Below are positions 1-10,670 of a DNA stretch of 64,000 bases, piece after piece. Origin of the DNA: an uncultured virus (IMG/VR IMGVR_UViG_3300042569_001792). Its lineage: Duplodnaviria > Heunggongvirae > Uroviricota > Caudoviricetes. The DNA is taken from IMG/VR virus record IMGVR_UViG_3300042569_001792; one strand, written 5' to 3'. The notes under the pieces were generated by a model. It saw only the letters and a list, made by a program, of their open reading frames with translations. It did not search any database and had not been told where the DNA came from. Position numbers and translations under genes: made by a program. How positions within the stretch are numbered: the first letter of the stretch is position 1; each line of letters begins with the position of its first letter.

Positions 1-2
1 GT

Positions 3-1445
3 TTACAGAGAGGACTTCCTGTAAGTTGCTTTGGTAGTTATATACCAGACGACACAGCTAAGATTTTCAGTAAGGTAAGTGAAGTTGCAATGATGTCTAA
101 ATTCGCTGGTGGTACATCAGGGTATTTTGGTGATTTAAGAAAAAGAGGTAGTGAGGTTAAAGGTACTTCTGGTAATACAGAGGGACCTGTAAGGTTCATG
201 GAGTTATTCGATAAGACCGCTGATATTATTAGTCAAGGTTCTGCTAGAAGAGGAGCGTTTGCAGCTTATCTTCCTGTTGAGCATCCAGATATCGAAGAAT
301 TTCTTCAAATACGCGCTGTTGGAAATCCTATACAGAATATGAGTTTTGGAGTTACTATTTCTGACCAATGGATGAAAGAAATGGAAGAAGGGGACTCAGC
401 TAAAAGAAAAATATGGGGATCTATAATTCGTAAAAGATTTGAATCTGGTTATCCTTATATCTTTTTTACTGATACCGTTAATAATAATAAACCTAAAGTT
501 TATAAAGATAAAGGTTTAGATATTAAAGCTAGTAATTTGTGTTCTGAAATCTGTTTATCCTCAGATGAGGATAACTCTTTTGTTTGTGTTTTAATGTCTC
601 TTAATTTATTACACTGGGATAAAATTAAAGCTAATCCTAATATAATTAAAAATGCAATAATAATATTAGATTGCGTATGTGAAGAGTTTATTCAAAGATC
701 TGCTAATCTTAAACACATGGAATCCGCTCATAACTTTGCGAAGCAGCAAAGAGCTTTGGGTCTAGGTGGATTAGGATGGCACTCATTGTTACAAAGCAAG
801 ATGATTCCATTTGAATCAATCGAAGCTAAAATGTTGAACAATCAAATATGGAAGACTATAAGATCAGTAGCAGATGAAACAACTAAGTATCTTGCAGAAT
901 TACTTGGCGAGCCAGAATTACTAAAAGGCTATGGAAGACGTAACGCAACAACACTAGCGATAGCTCCAACTGTATCGTCTTCATTTATACTTGGACAGGT
1001 ATCGCAGAGTATAGAACCTGAAAATTCATGCTATTATATTAAAAAAACTGCAAAAGGTTCATTTACATATCAAAATCCATATCTAAAAGAATTGCTTATC
1101 AAGTATAATAAAGATATAGACGAAGTGTGGCAGTCAATTCTTGTTCACGGCGGTTCTGTTCAACATTTAGACTTCTTATCTGAATTAGAGAAAAGTGTTT
1201 TCAAGACATTTGGAGAAATAAGTCAAAAAGAAATTGTTATTCAAGCCTCTCAAAGACAAAAATTCATAGACCAATCGCAAAGTTTAAATTTAATGATTCC
1301 ATTAAAAACGGAAGCAAAGCAAGTAAGTCAATTATTAATTGAAGGATGGAAAATTGGAGTGAAAACTTTCTATTATCAAAGAAATGCAAGTCCATCTCAG
1401 AAGTTGCTAAGAGATATATTATCTTGCACAAGCTGTGAAGCTTAA
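3..1445 (+). CDS. nrdA: Ribonucleotide reductase class Ia alpha subunit (5' truncated by window)
   Basis: Frame open from base 3 (GLPVSCF); QGSARRGA, SNLCSEI, APTVSSS, TFYY and C-terminal CTSC motifs. Confidence 0.95.
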   Translation, partial: LQRGLPVSCFGSYIPDDTAKIFSKVSEVAMMSKFAGGTSGYFGDLRKRGSEVKGTSGNTEGPVRFMELFDKTADIISQGSARRGAFAAYLPVEHPDIEEFLQIRAVGNPIQNMSFGVTISDQWMKEMEEGDSAKRKIWGSIIRKRFESGYPYIFFTDTVNNNKPKVYKDKGLDIKASNLCSEICLSSDEDNSFVCVLMSLNLLHWDKIKANPNIIKNAIIILDCVCEEFIQRSANLKHMESAHNFAKQQRALGLGGLGWHSLLQSKMIPFESIEAKMLNNQIWKTIRSVADETTKYLAELLGEPELLKGYGRRNATTLAIAPTVSSSFILGQVSQSIEPENSCYYIKKTAKGSFTYQNPYLKELLIKYNKDIDEVWQSILVHGGSVQHLDFLSELEKSVFKTFGEISQKEIVIQASQRQKFIDQSQSLNLMIPLKTEAKQVSQLLIEGWKIGVKTFYYQRNASPSQKLLRDILSCTSCEA

Positions 1446-1467
1446 TACAGTTGTCAAACCCCAAAAT

Positions 1468-1496
1468 CTCTCCAGTAGGTAATTCCTGCTGGAGAG
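1468..1496 (+). terminator. Stem-loop after nrdA, probable terminator
   Basis: ctctccagtagg-taatt-cctgctggagag inverted repeat; weak U-tail. Confidence 0.55.
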
Positions 1497-1506
1497 TATT
1501 CTTATA

Positions 1507-2331
1507 ATGAATTATTTTTTTATATCAGATTATTTTCAAGAGCAGTATCCAAAGGGCGGTTCAGAGATTGCCGTAGAAGTTGTAATAAACGGATTAAAAG
1601 ATCGTGGCAAAAATGTTACCAAGATACATGCAAATAAATTCAACGATAGTATATTACAATCTAACTCGAAATTATTTGTATGTAATTTTACATTACTATC
1701 GGAAGACGCTAAGAACAAAATAATGGAGTATGGAAATTATAGTATTTACGAACATGATTTCAAAATGATTTCTACAAGAAATCCATGTAATTATCCTTTA
1801 CTTACAGCGCCAAAAGAGCATATAATAAACGAAGATTTTTATAAAAAAGCTGATAAAGTAATTGCTCAATGCGATAAGCATCTTGAAATTATAAATAGAA
1901 ATTTACAATTAGATAATTTGATATCGGCGAAAGGCAATCCATGGAATAATGATTCTTTGGATTTATTATCTAAATTATCCAAAGTTGAAAAAGAAGATGT
2001 GTATGCTATACTAAACTATTCAAATCCAATTAAAAATACAATTGGCACCTTAGAATTTGCGCGAACTAATAACCTTGATATAAGGTTAATAAGTCTTAGG
2101 CCACATGCAGAGTTTTTACTGGAACTAACAAAATATAAAGGGTTGATATTTCTACCTACTGTTTTTGAAACTTTCAGCAGAATTTCTTTTGAAGCTAGAT
2201 GTTTAGGACTGCAAATAATAGGAAATGAAAATATTGCATTTCTATATGAAGAGTCGTCACATTTAAAAGGTGATGAATTGATAGATCTCGCAAGAGAGAA
2301 TACTCAAAAAATAATAGATATATTTGAATAA
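1507..2331 (+). CDS. Glycosyltransferase, GT-B/GT4-like
   Basis: N-terminal GGSE and C-terminal ETFSRISFEARCLG motifs. Confidence 0.65.
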   Translation: MNYFFISDYFQEQYPKGGSEIAVEVVINGLKDRGKNVTKIHANKFNDSILQSNSKLFVCNFTLLSEDAKNKIMEYGNYSIYEHDFKMISTRNPCNYPLLTAPKEHIINEDFYKKADKVIAQCDKHLEIINRNLQLDNLISAKGNPWNNDSLDLLSKLSKVEKEDVYAILNYSNPIKNTIGTLEFARTNNLDIRLISLRPHAEFLLELTKYKGLIFLPTVFETFSRISFEARCLGLQIIGNENIAFLYEESSHLKGDELIDLARENTQKIIDIFE

Positions 2332-3052
2332 TATGATAATAGTCACAACTCTATATAATGCTGAAAAATATATTGCATTATGTTTATATAGTATTATGAA
2401 TCAAAGTTATAAAGATTTTAAATGCTATATTACAGATGATCTTTCAACTGATAATTCAGTAGCTATCGTAAAAGAGCTTATCAAAGATGATGATAGATTT
2501 ATATTAATTGAAAATAAAGAAAAGCATTATCAAGTTGGTAATTACGATCAAGTTATTAGAAATAATCCAAATATAAATGATAATGATATTATTGTTGAGG
2601 TAGATGGTGATGACTGGTTGCCAGATGAAGATGTTTTTAAAAGAATACATGATGTATATAAAAATGACGACGTGTGGATCACTAATGGTAGCTTTGTTTT
2701 TAGCAATGGCTCACAGGGATTTTCAAGAAAACAAGATATACCTTATTTAAGGGTATCATCATTTAGCGCCTCGCACATGAGAACATGGAGAGCTTTTCTT
2801 TGGAGAAATATCAAAGAAGACGATCTTAAAGATGAGACTGGCACTTACTGGTCAGCGGCTGGCGATACGTCTTTTATGTTTCCAATGCTGGAAATGGCCG
2901 GGGAAGAACATTATCATTTTTTAGAAGATATTAATTATGTTTACAATGATACGAATCCGTTGAATGAATATAAAGTAGATGGTTACAATGTCGCGCATAT
3001 AGGCCGAAAAGTAATGAGTAAGAAACCCTACCCTAGATATAATAAAATCTAA
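2324..3052 (+). CDS. Glycosyltransferase family 2
   Basis: YNAEKYI, DDLSTD, DGDD motifs. Confidence 0.9.
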   Translation: MNNMIIVTTLYNAEKYIALCLYSIMNQSYKDFKCYITDDLSTDNSVAIVKELIKDDDRFILIENKEKHYQVGNYDQVIRNNPNINDNDIIVEVDGDDWLPDEDVFKRIHDVYKNDDVWITNGSFVFSNGSQGFSRKQDIPYLRVSSFSASHMRTWRAFLWRNIKEDDLKDETGTYWSAAGDTSFMFPMLEMAGEEHYHFLEDINYVYNDTNPLNEYKVDGYNVAHIGRKVMSKKPYPRYNKI

Positions 3053-3058
3053 TTAGAT

Positions 3059-3859
3059 ATGATATATTGCAATTTAAAGGGCGGACTTGGTAATATTTTA
3101 TTTCAGATAGCAGCGACTAAATCAATGTCTATTGATAGAAATACTGATTGCTCATTTCCTAATTTAATTGAACATCTAAATAAACTTAATGAGGATAGTA
3201 TCTACAATCCAAATTTAAAACATAGTTTTGAATACCTAAATTTTTTACAAAATTTAAAAACGCAAGTTCCAACAACTCCATTAAAAACTTATGTATATCC
3301 ATTTGAGTATATAAATTATAATATATTAGACAATACATTTTTTATAGATGGATTTTTTCAAAGTGAAAAATATTTCAAACATAATAGAAAAGCTATTTTA
3401 GAGTATTTTTATGATTTTTCAATTTACGATACTGTTATAAATCAGAAATACGCTTTCGTTAGAGATATTAAATGCACAAGCATACATATTAGAAGGGGTG
3501 ATTATTTAAAATATCCAAACCATCATCCAGTACAGTCTTTGCAATATTATTTATCTTGTATCGAAATTCTAAAGTATGAAACTGAATTATTTTTAATTTT
3601 CAGTGATGACATTGAATGGTGCAAGAATAATATAAAAATTAAAAATGCAGTTTGCATTGAAAATGAAAAAGACTACATTGAACTTTATTTAATGTCTTTG
3701 TGTAAAAATAATATTGTATGCAATTCGTCGTTTTCTTGGTGGGGCGCTTGGTTAAATAGAAATGAAAATAAAATAGTTATTGGTCCAAAAATATGGTTCG
3801 GTAGTAACTTGCAGTATAATTCTAGTGACATACTGCCAGAAACATGGCATAAAATTTAA
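3059..3859 (+). CDS. Alpha-1,2-fucosyltransferase (GT11)
   Basis: GGLGN, GFFQSEKYF, HIRRGDY, FSDD, NSSFSWW motifs. Confidence 0.92.
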   Translation: MIYCNLKGGLGNILFQIAATKSMSIDRNTDCSFPNLIEHLNKLNEDSIYNPNLKHSFEYLNFLQNLKTQVPTTPLKTYVYPFEYINYNILDNTFFIDGFFQSEKYFKHNRKAILEYFYDFSIYDTVINQKYAFVRDIKCTSIHIRRGDYLKYPNHHPVQSLQYYLSCIEILKYETELFLIFSDDIEWCKNNIKIKNAVCIENEKDYIELYLMSLCKNNIVCNSSFSWWGAWLNRNENKIVIGPKIWFGSNLQYNSSDILPETWHKI

Positions 3860-3863
3860 AAAA

Positions 3864-4484
3864 ATGAGTAATTTATTTTTAGATGAGAAAGAATTGAGTA
3901 GATGGATTGCTGATAAAGGCGACTACACACATAATATAACTTATGATTTGAATGAAAATTCAATTGTAGTTGACCTTGGTGGTTATACAGGGATTTGGGC
4001 AGAGCAAATTATAGATAAATATAATCCAAATATATATATAGTAGAGCCGGTAATTGATTTTTATGAAAAAATAATTGACAAGTTTTCAAATAACAATAAG
4101 ATCCATTTATTAAATGTTGGGATTTCTACTGAAAATAAAAATGGATTTATTTTTATAGATGGTGACAGAACATCATCTAATTTAACTAAAGGCAAGTGTA
4201 TAGAGGTTGAATTCAATACTATTGATACAATTTTAAATAAATGGGGGTTAGATAATGTTGATTTATTACAAATTAATATTGAAGGCGATGAGTACCCACT
4301 TTTAGAAAATATGTTAGAAACTGGCTCTATAAATAAATTTAAAAACATACAAGTTCAGTTTCATCTAGGAATTGAAAATGATTTAGAAAGACGAGATAAA
4401 ATTAGAAAAGGTTTAGAAAAGAATAATTTTGCGGTAAAATTTGATTATCCGTTTGTTTGGGAATCTTGGTATAAAATAAATTAA
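3864..4484 (+). CDS. FkbM-family SAM methyltransferase
   Basis: VDLGGYTG, EP, INIEGDEY motifs; start moved to ATG 3864. Confidence 0.85.
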   Translation: MSNLFLDEKELSRWIADKGDYTHNITYDLNENSIVVDLGGYTGIWAEQIIDKYNPNIYIVEPVIDFYEKIIDKFSNNNKIHLLNVGISTENKNGFIFIDGDRTSSNLTKGKCIEVEFNTIDTILNKWGLDNVDLLQINIEGDEYPLLENMLETGSINKFKNIQVQFHLGIENDLERRDKIRKGLEKNNFAVKFDYPFVWESWYKIN

Positions 4485-4494
4485 AAAAATAAAA

Positions 4495-5256
4495 ATGACT
4501 GAAATATTAAAAAAAATTTTATTAGGTGCTGTTTCTAACGATAATGTAAGAAAATTCATTAACAATGAATTAAACGAAGAAGAAATTAAAAATTTAAGCG
4601 ACGCTGAAATACCAAATGATTTAGCAGAGTGGGTTGAATTCAAAGATTTGGGACCAGCCTTATCAATGATTGGATACAAAAGACTTACAAATTTAGAGCA
4701 TTTAGTTACAGATATTGTTAATAATAAAGTAGAAGGCTCTTTTATAGAAACTGGTGTTTGGAAAGGTGGCGCATGTATGTTTGTAAAGTATTTATTCAAT
4801 AAATATAATGTAAATAAAAAAGTATATGTTGCTGATTCATTTCAAGGATTACCAATACCAAATCCAGATAAATATCCAAAAGATTTAAATGATATACATC
4901 ATACTTATGATTTTTTGAAAATATCACAAAAAGATGTCAAAAATAATTTTTCTAAATTCAATTTGTTAGATGATAATGTTATTTTCTTAAAAGGATGGTT
5001 TTCTGAAACATTACCGAAGGTTGATGATAAATTTGCAATTATTAGATTAGATGGCGATATGTATGAATCAACTATGGATGCTTTAACAAATTTATATGAT
5101 AAGTTATCTATCAATGGGTATGTAATTATTGATGATTTTTCGTTCATAGCTTGTTCTGATGCTGTTAATGATTTTAGAAGAGATAATGGCATAGTAGATG
5201 AAATGATAAAAATAGACTCATCTTCTATATATTGGAAGAAAACAAAAAATAAATAA
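4495..5256 (+). CDS. TylF/MycF-family sugar O-methyltransferase
   Basis: ETGVWKGG, DSFQGLP, GWFSETLP, RLDGDMYEST motifs. Confidence 0.92.
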   Translation: MTEILKKILLGAVSNDNVRKFINNELNEEEIKNLSDAEIPNDLAEWVEFKDLGPALSMIGYKRLTNLEHLVTDIVNNKVEGSFIETGVWKGGACMFVKYLFNKYNVNKKVYVADSFQGLPIPNPDKYPKDLNDIHHTYDFLKISQKDVKNNFSKFNLLDDNVIFLKGWFSETLPKVDDKFAIIRLDGDMYESTMDALTNLYDKLSINGYVIIDDFSFIACSDAVNDFRRDNGIVDEMIKIDSSSIYWKKTKNK

Positions 5257-6113
5257 TGAAAAAATTTACAAGATTTAAACCTAATGACAACAGTCCAAAT
5301 TCTTTTGGATCTGGCTTCTTTTCAAATTATAGAATTGTATTGGAAAGCTTGATGTTGAATGATGGTAATATACACGGCATACCATATATTGATTGGGGTG
5401 AAACTGCCTGGGTAGAAGGATTCAATCCATTCGACGGAGATGTATTAGTTAAAAAAGAAAATCCATTTGATTATTGGTTTGACCAAATAATACCAATAAG
5501 TGATGATATAATAACTAACCCAGTAAATCAAGATAGGTTAACACTAATTAACCATGCGTATGATTATTTTCACGATAAGTATAATTTAGAAAAACAGCGC
5601 GAAATTGAAAGAAAGTATTTAAAAATAAAACAACCAATATTAGATAGAATAGATGAAATCTATAATAATGAACTAAAAAATCATACTGTTTTAGGCGTTA
5701 TAGCTAGGGGTTGCGAATTTAACTTCCATCATCCAAATTACGGCGTTTATTCTATTTACGAATATATCCAATCTATCAAATCAATATTAGAAAATAATCC
5801 AAACATAACTAAATTATTTTTAGTTAGTGAAGACTCTAATTACATTAAACTTTTAAAAGAAAGTTTTCCAAATTCATATTTTATTCCAGATGTTTTTAGA
5901 AGAACTGATGAGACAACAGAATATATGAATAGAGTTTTTCTATGGCCAAATGTAAGCACTAAACGCGAAAATCAAAACAAACTTTTGGGTGAAGAAACAA
6001 TAATACAAACAAAATTACTAGGTAAATGTGATTATTTATTTGGTATTCATAGTGGTGTTTTTGCCGGGGCTGTATTATGGGGAGAAAATATAAAAGAAAT
6101 TTTCAAAAAATAA
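5256..6113 (+). CDS. Putative NodZ/O-fucosyltransferase-like GT-B protein
   Basis: GFFSN, LGVIARG, LFLVSED, LLGKCDYL pattern of the fucosyltransferase superfamily; cluster context. Confidence 0.6.
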   Translation: MKKFTRFKPNDNSPNSFGSGFFSNYRIVLESLMLNDGNIHGIPYIDWGETAWVEGFNPFDGDVLVKKENPFDYWFDQIIPISDDIITNPVNQDRLTLINHAYDYFHDKYNLEKQREIERKYLKIKQPILDRIDEIYNNELKNHTVLGVIARGCEFNFHHPNYGVYSIYEYIQSIKSILENNPNITKLFLVSEDSNYIKLLKESFPNSYFIPDVFRRTDETTEYMNRVFLWPNVSTKRENQNKLLGEETIIQTKLLGKCDYLFGIHSGVFAGAVLWGENIKEIFKK

Positions 6114-6114
6114 T

Positions 6115-6645
6115 ATGATAAAAAAAATAGGTGACGATATAATCCTTGATGAAGATATTACAACAAAACAAGAGTTGATAATAAATGGCTCACATGTTGC
6201 TATAGATAAGGGATTTTATTGCACAGTAAATGCTACTATTGGTAGCTATGTTCATATTGGGCCTTACGTTACTATAATAGGAGGTAGTAATAGTTCATTC
6301 ACGGCTAAGGGTTTTAATAATGTAATGGCCGGGGCTAGGATCGTTTGTGGCTCGGATAGATTTGATGACTCTGGTTTATTTGGAGCTATGATACCAAGCG
6401 ACTTAAAGGGTACGCAAATAATAAAACCAATTGTTATGGAAGAATTTTCTAATATAGGGACTAATGCTATTGTATTGCCAGGCTCAATCCTTAGAAAGGG
6501 TGTTTTATTAACTGCCGGTAGCTTATTAATAGGGGATACCGAAGAGTGGGGAATTTACAAAGGAAATCCAGCAGTATTGGTAAAGAAAATTGACCCAACA
6601 AAGATAATAGAGAATGCGAAAAAAATAGGTTATAACGAAAATTAA
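6115..6645 (+). CDS. Hexapeptide-repeat O-acetyltransferase
   Basis: Left-handed beta-helix repeats (IGSYVHIG, IGTNAIV) and GNPA. Confidence 0.85.
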   Translation: MIKKIGDDIILDEDITTKQELIINGSHVAIDKGFYCTVNATIGSYVHIGPYVTIIGGSNSSFTAKGFNNVMAGARIVCGSDRFDDSGLFGAMIPSDLKGTQIIKPIVMEEFSNIGTNAIVLPGSILRKGVLLTAGSLLIGDTEEWGIYKGNPAVLVKKIDPTKIIENAKKIGYNEN

Positions 6646-6652
6646 AATAAAT

Positions 6653-7249
6653 ATGTCATTTGAAATTATTAGTAAATTTGAAGAAGAAGTGGCCAATTTC
6701 TTTGGTGCGACTTTTGCTGTTGCAGTTGATAGTTGCACCCATGGTATTGAATTATGTTTAAGATACACAGGAGAGATTAAAATAACCGTGCCTAAAAGAA
6801 CGTATCTTTCAGTTCCCTTTTTAGCAGAAAAAATGGGATTGGAGAGAGAATGGAGAGATGAAGAATGGGAAGATTATTATATTCTTAATTTTGGTAATAA
6901 AAAGATAATAGATGCCGCTGTTCTTTGGAAAAGGGATAGCTATATACCAAACACATTTATGTGTATTAGTTTTCAGTATCAAAAACATCTTTCATTAGGT
7001 AGGGGCGGCGTAATTTTACTTGACAATAAAGATGACTATACTATACTAAAAAAAATGTCTTATGATGGTAGATTACCAAACATTCCATGGAGAGATCAAA
7101 ATATTGATACAATCGGGTATCATTACTATATGACTCCTGAAACTGCTGAATTAGGATTAAAAAAATTAGAAAAAGCTATTAACACACCACCTAGAAAATG
7201 GGTAGTTACTGATTGGCCTGATTTAACAAAAATGGAAATATTTAAATAA
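6653..7249 (+). CDS. Short DegT/DnrJ/EryC1/StrS-family sugar aminotransferase
   Basis: FEEEVA, DSCT, IDAA, SFQYQKHLSLGRGG (PLP lysine); only 198 aa. Confidence 0.8.
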   Translation: MSFEIISKFEEEVANFFGATFAVAVDSCTHGIELCLRYTGEIKITVPKRTYLSVPFLAEKMGLEREWRDEEWEDYYILNFGNKKIIDAAVLWKRDSYIPNTFMCISFQYQKHLSLGRGGVILLDNKDDYTILKKMSYDGRLPNIPWRDQNIDTIGYHYYMTPETAELGLKKLEKAINTPPRKWVVTDWPDLTKMEIFK

Positions 7250-7252
7250 AAT

Positions 7253-9238
7253 ATGGAAAAGGAGAAAATAAATTATAAAGGTCGTAAGGCTTTTATTACA
7301 GGTATTAATGGACAGGACGGAAGTTACTTATCGGAGTATCTATTGAGCTTAGGCTACGAAGTTCATGGGATTATAAGAAGAAATTCAACAGTAGAATCGC
7401 AACAAAGTAGATTCAGCGAAGACATTAGACATAAACTTAATATTCACTACGGGGATTTACTAGACCAAGGTGGTATTGAAAGATTATTTGACCAGATACA
7501 GCCAGACGAAATTTACAACCTTGCGGCTCAAAGCCATGTTAGAATTAGTTTTGATATACCTCAATTTACAGTTCAAACAAATGCAATTGGCGTTCTTAAT
7601 GTTTTAGAAGCGTACAGACGTTCATGTCCAAAAGCTAGATTTTATCAAGCAAGTTCTTCTGAAATGTTTGGTAATTCCGTAGATTTAGATGGTTTTCAAA
7701 GAGAAACAACTCCTATGAATCCAGTTAGTCCTTATGGATGTTCTAAAGTTTTTGGCTATAATATTGTTAGGAATTATAGAAACGCTTATAAATTACATAC
7801 CTGTAATGGGATATTATTCAATCACGAGTCTCCACGAAGAGGATCTAACTTTGTAACTAATAAAGTTGTAAAAACCGCAGTTGAAATAAAACTGGGACTA
7901 ACTGATAAATTAGTATTAGGAAATATGGACTCTTATCGTGACTGGGGACATTCCAAAGATTATTGCATCGACTTAGATTCAAAATTACTAACACCATCTG
8001 GATATAAATTTAGACACGAACTTAATATAGGGGACGAGATAATAAATTATAATACGGATAAAGATATATGGGAGAAAGATATTATTGAAAAGATATATGA
8101 TGTAGAGCATAAGGGTAATATGTATGTATTTTCTGGAAATGGTTTTAGTCATAGATTTTCACCAAACCATAGAATTATTTATCAAAGAAAATCTAGCAAT
8201 AGCAAGAATTGGGGAGGGTGGTTAGAAACAACAGCAGAGAATATGTACGCTGCACTTAATGATACTAAATTAAGAGCTAAATATAACTATAGATTCCCAG
8301 GATTCGTAGGAATAAATAATAAAGATTACGATATAAATGATAATATGATAATACTTATTGGTTATTTGGCAACTGAAGGATGTTTGTCAAAATCTAAAAC
8401 TATAGGTGGCGGAATGCAATTATCTGTTAGTCAGAGTAGCAAAAAATATCTAAATCAATTAGTTGATTGTATCAACGCTTTGAAATTAAAATATAATAAA
8501 AGAGTTAGAGAGGATGGTGTTAATGAATTTATATTTAACGCAGAATCTAGGGACTTAATAATAGATTATTTTGATGGATTTGATATTCATGAATTACCAT
8601 CGTATATATATAATTTTTCTAAAAGACAGGCTCAGTTATTATTTGAAACAATGATGAATTGTGATGGATGCTGGAGTTCTATGACATACATATCAACACG
8701 CTTAAAACTAGCTAAACAATTTTATGATATTGCCAATTTAGCTAATTATCGCTGTAAAATAGTTAAAAGAAAATCTGGGACATATGATGTAAGCGTTTTC
8801 TCAAAAGCGAAGAAATCAGTTCATCAATACATTACAGACGTATCTGTTGAATATGTTGAAGAAAATATTTGGTGCGTAGAAACTCAAAAAAATAAAACAA
8901 TAATAACAGAAGGTATTAAAGGTAGATTTATATCTGGCAATTGTAAAGCAATGCACATGATAATAAATCATGATATACCAGACGATTTTGTTGTATCGAC
9001 AATGACAACACACTCAGTTAGAGAAATGGTAGAGTATGTGTTTGGAAAATTAGATTTAGACTATACAAAATATGTATACCAGGATCAGAAATTTTTAAGA
9101 GCAGAAGAGTTGAAATATTTAAAAGGTGATTCAACAAAAATAAGAGAAACATTAGGCTGGAAACCTGAGTATAGTTTTGAAACTCTTATGGATGATATGA
9201 TTAATGGATGGATGAATACTTTACAGAAAAAGATATGA
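7253..9238 (+). CDS. gmd: GDP-mannose 4,6-dehydratase containing an intein
   Basis: ITGINGQDGSYL, LAAQSHV, SPYGCSK, FNHESPRRG, RDWGH motifs. Confidence 0.95.
   Translation: MEKEKINYKGRKAFITGINGQDGSYLSEYLLSLGYEVHGIIRRNSTVESQQSRFSEDIRHKLNIHYGDLLDQGGIERLFDQIQPDEIYNLAAQSHVRISFDIPQFTVQTNAIGVLNVLEAYRRSCPKARFYQASSSEMFGNSVDLDGFQRETTPMNPVSPYGCSKVFGYNIVRNYRNAYKLHTCNGILFNHESPRRGSNFVTNKVVKTAVEIKLGLTDKLVLGNMDSYRDWGHSKDYCIDLDSKLLTPSGYKFRHELNIGDEIINYNTDKDIWEKDIIEKIYDVEHKGNMYVFSGNGFSHRFSPNHRIIYQRKSSNSKNWGGWLETTAENMYAALNDTKLRAKYNYRFPGFVGINNKDYDINDNMIILIGYLATEGCLSKSKTIGGGMQLSVSQSSKKYLNQLVDCINALKLKYNKRVREDGVNEFIFNAESRDLIIDYFDGFDIHELPSYIYNFSKRQAQLLFETMMNCDGCWSSMTYISTRLKLAKQFYDIANLANYRCKIVKRKSGTYDVSVFSKAKKSVHQYITDVSVEYVEENIWCVETQKNKTIITEGIKGRFISGNCKAMHMIINHDIPDDFVVSTMTTHSVREMVEYVFGKLDLDYTKYVYQDQKFLRAEELKYLKGDSTKIRETLGWKPEYSFETLMDDMINGWMNTLQKKI
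7964..8941 (+). mobile_element. 326-aa intein with LAGLIDADG homing endonuclease in gmd
   Basis: Begins CIDLDSKLLTPSG, block B SPNH, LIGYLATEG and MMNCDG motifs, ends FISGN followed by Cys. Confidence 0.9.
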
Positions 9239-9651
9239 AAAAAATATATTCAAAAGTAGAGCCAACTAAGTTGCTTCATATAATAAATAGATTAAGTGAG
9301 ATCGAATCAAGAAGAGAAATAGTTCCAGAGGATAATTTTATACAATGTGCAACTTTAAATATGCCAAAAGGTAAAACATTTCCACCTCACAAACATATAA
9401 CAAAAAAAAGAACTTACGAGAATCAGATAGCTCAAGAGTCTTGGGTTGTAATAAAAGGCAGCGTTAAATGTTTTCTTTATGACATAGATGATACTATAAT
9501 TAGTGAAGAGATACTTTTACCAGGTGACGCGAGTTTTACACTTTATGGTGGTCATACATATTTAATACTAGAAGATAATACTATAGTCTATGAGTATAAA
9601 ACTGGACCATACGAAGGTCAAAAATTAGATAAACAATTCATATCTCAGTAA
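9235..9651 (+). CDS. WbuC-like cupin-fold protein
   Basis: PHKH, QESW, GGH, EYKTGPY motifs; glycan cluster context. Confidence 0.7.
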   Translation: MKKIYSKVEPTKLLHIINRLSEIESRREIVPEDNFIQCATLNMPKGKTFPPHKHITKKRTYENQIAQESWVVIKGSVKCFLYDIDDTIISEEILLPGDASFTLYGGHTYLILEDNTIVYEYKTGPYEGQKLDKQFISQ

Positions 9652-9680
9652 TTAATTTCTTAAATTAAGTAGAATTAGTT

Positions 9681-9896
9681 ATGAGATATTTAATACAAAG
9701 CACTGATGACGACCTAGATTGTTACTATGTAACTTTAGATGAAAATAACTATATAGTAAAACATAGTCCAGTTGATATTGACGATCTAGTTTTAGACGAT
9801 CAAAACATAAAAAATATACTAAATACAAAGCCGGACATAGAGGATAGCTATTTTCAAATAGAGCCGTCTTATAGATTTAATGCCTGGAAAATATAA
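9681..9896 (+). CDS. Hypothetical protein
   Basis: ORF fits the gene array. Confidence 0.5.
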   Translation: MRYLIQSTDDDLDCYYVTLDENNYIVKHSPVDIDDLVLDDQNIKNILNTKPDIEDSYFQIEPSYRFNAWKI

Positions 9897-9902
9897 AAGA
9901 AA

Positions 9903-10670
9903 ATGGTCTTTTCTCATTCTGGAGATTTTAAAGATATAATATATTCTTTAGCTACTATAAAATATCTTGGTGGGGGAGAGTTAGTTTTATATCCGTCACT
10001 AAAAACTAGAATTATTTTTAATAAAAGGATATTTGATCTGATATATGAATTAATATCAAAACAAAATTATATTCAAGATGTAAGATTTACAGAAGAAAAT
10101 TCAGAAACTCCACTTGACACGTTTAGACATTGGCTTGGATGGTTCTCATTACCAGAATCCCACATGTATGCCTACGGAGTATCAAGAGAAAGTGCCTTAG
10201 AATTTTTAAACAAAAAATGGCTAGATATAGAATCAAAGGAGGATAGTAGGATTTTATTTGCATATACAAGAAGATTTGAATTTAATAAGCAATCATTTTG
10301 GAATCTTCCATATTTATTTAATAGCCCCTCTTTTATAGGTATCGAAGAAGACTACGATCATTTTAGATTAAGATCTAAATATAGATTTGAAGATATAATT
10401 ATAGCAAGAGATTTTAATCATTTAGCTGAAATAGTAGCCAACGCAAAAATGGTCATAGGAAACCCAACTGGAACATTAGCTTTAGCACAGTCGATGAATA
10501 TACCAACGATTTCTCTCGAAAGTCCTGGTCAAAAAACTTTAAGATTTAACCATACAAATACATTTAATTTATATGATTTTAATCCATTAATAGCTTACAA
10601 TCTTGATAAGTTTCTTAGATCGTATAATAAAAAAGTTGATAGAGAATTATTATTTAGAACTCTTACTTAA
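9903..10670 (+). CDS. GT9 (heptosyltransferase)-like protein
   Basis: SGDFKDIIYSL N-terminus; VIGNPTGTLALA resembles the GNDSG motif. Confidence 0.55.
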   Translation: MVFSHSGDFKDIIYSLATIKYLGGGELVLYPSLKTRIIFNKRIFDLIYELISKQNYIQDVRFTEENSETPLDTFRHWLGWFSLPESHMYAYGVSRESALEFLNKKWLDIESKEDSRILFAYTRRFEFNKQSFWNLPYLFNSPSFIGIEEDYDHFRLRSKYRFEDIIIARDFNHLAEIVANAKMVIGNPTGTLALAQSMNIPTISLESPGQKTLRFNHTNTFNLYDFNPLIAYNLDKFLRSYNKKVDRELLFRTLT

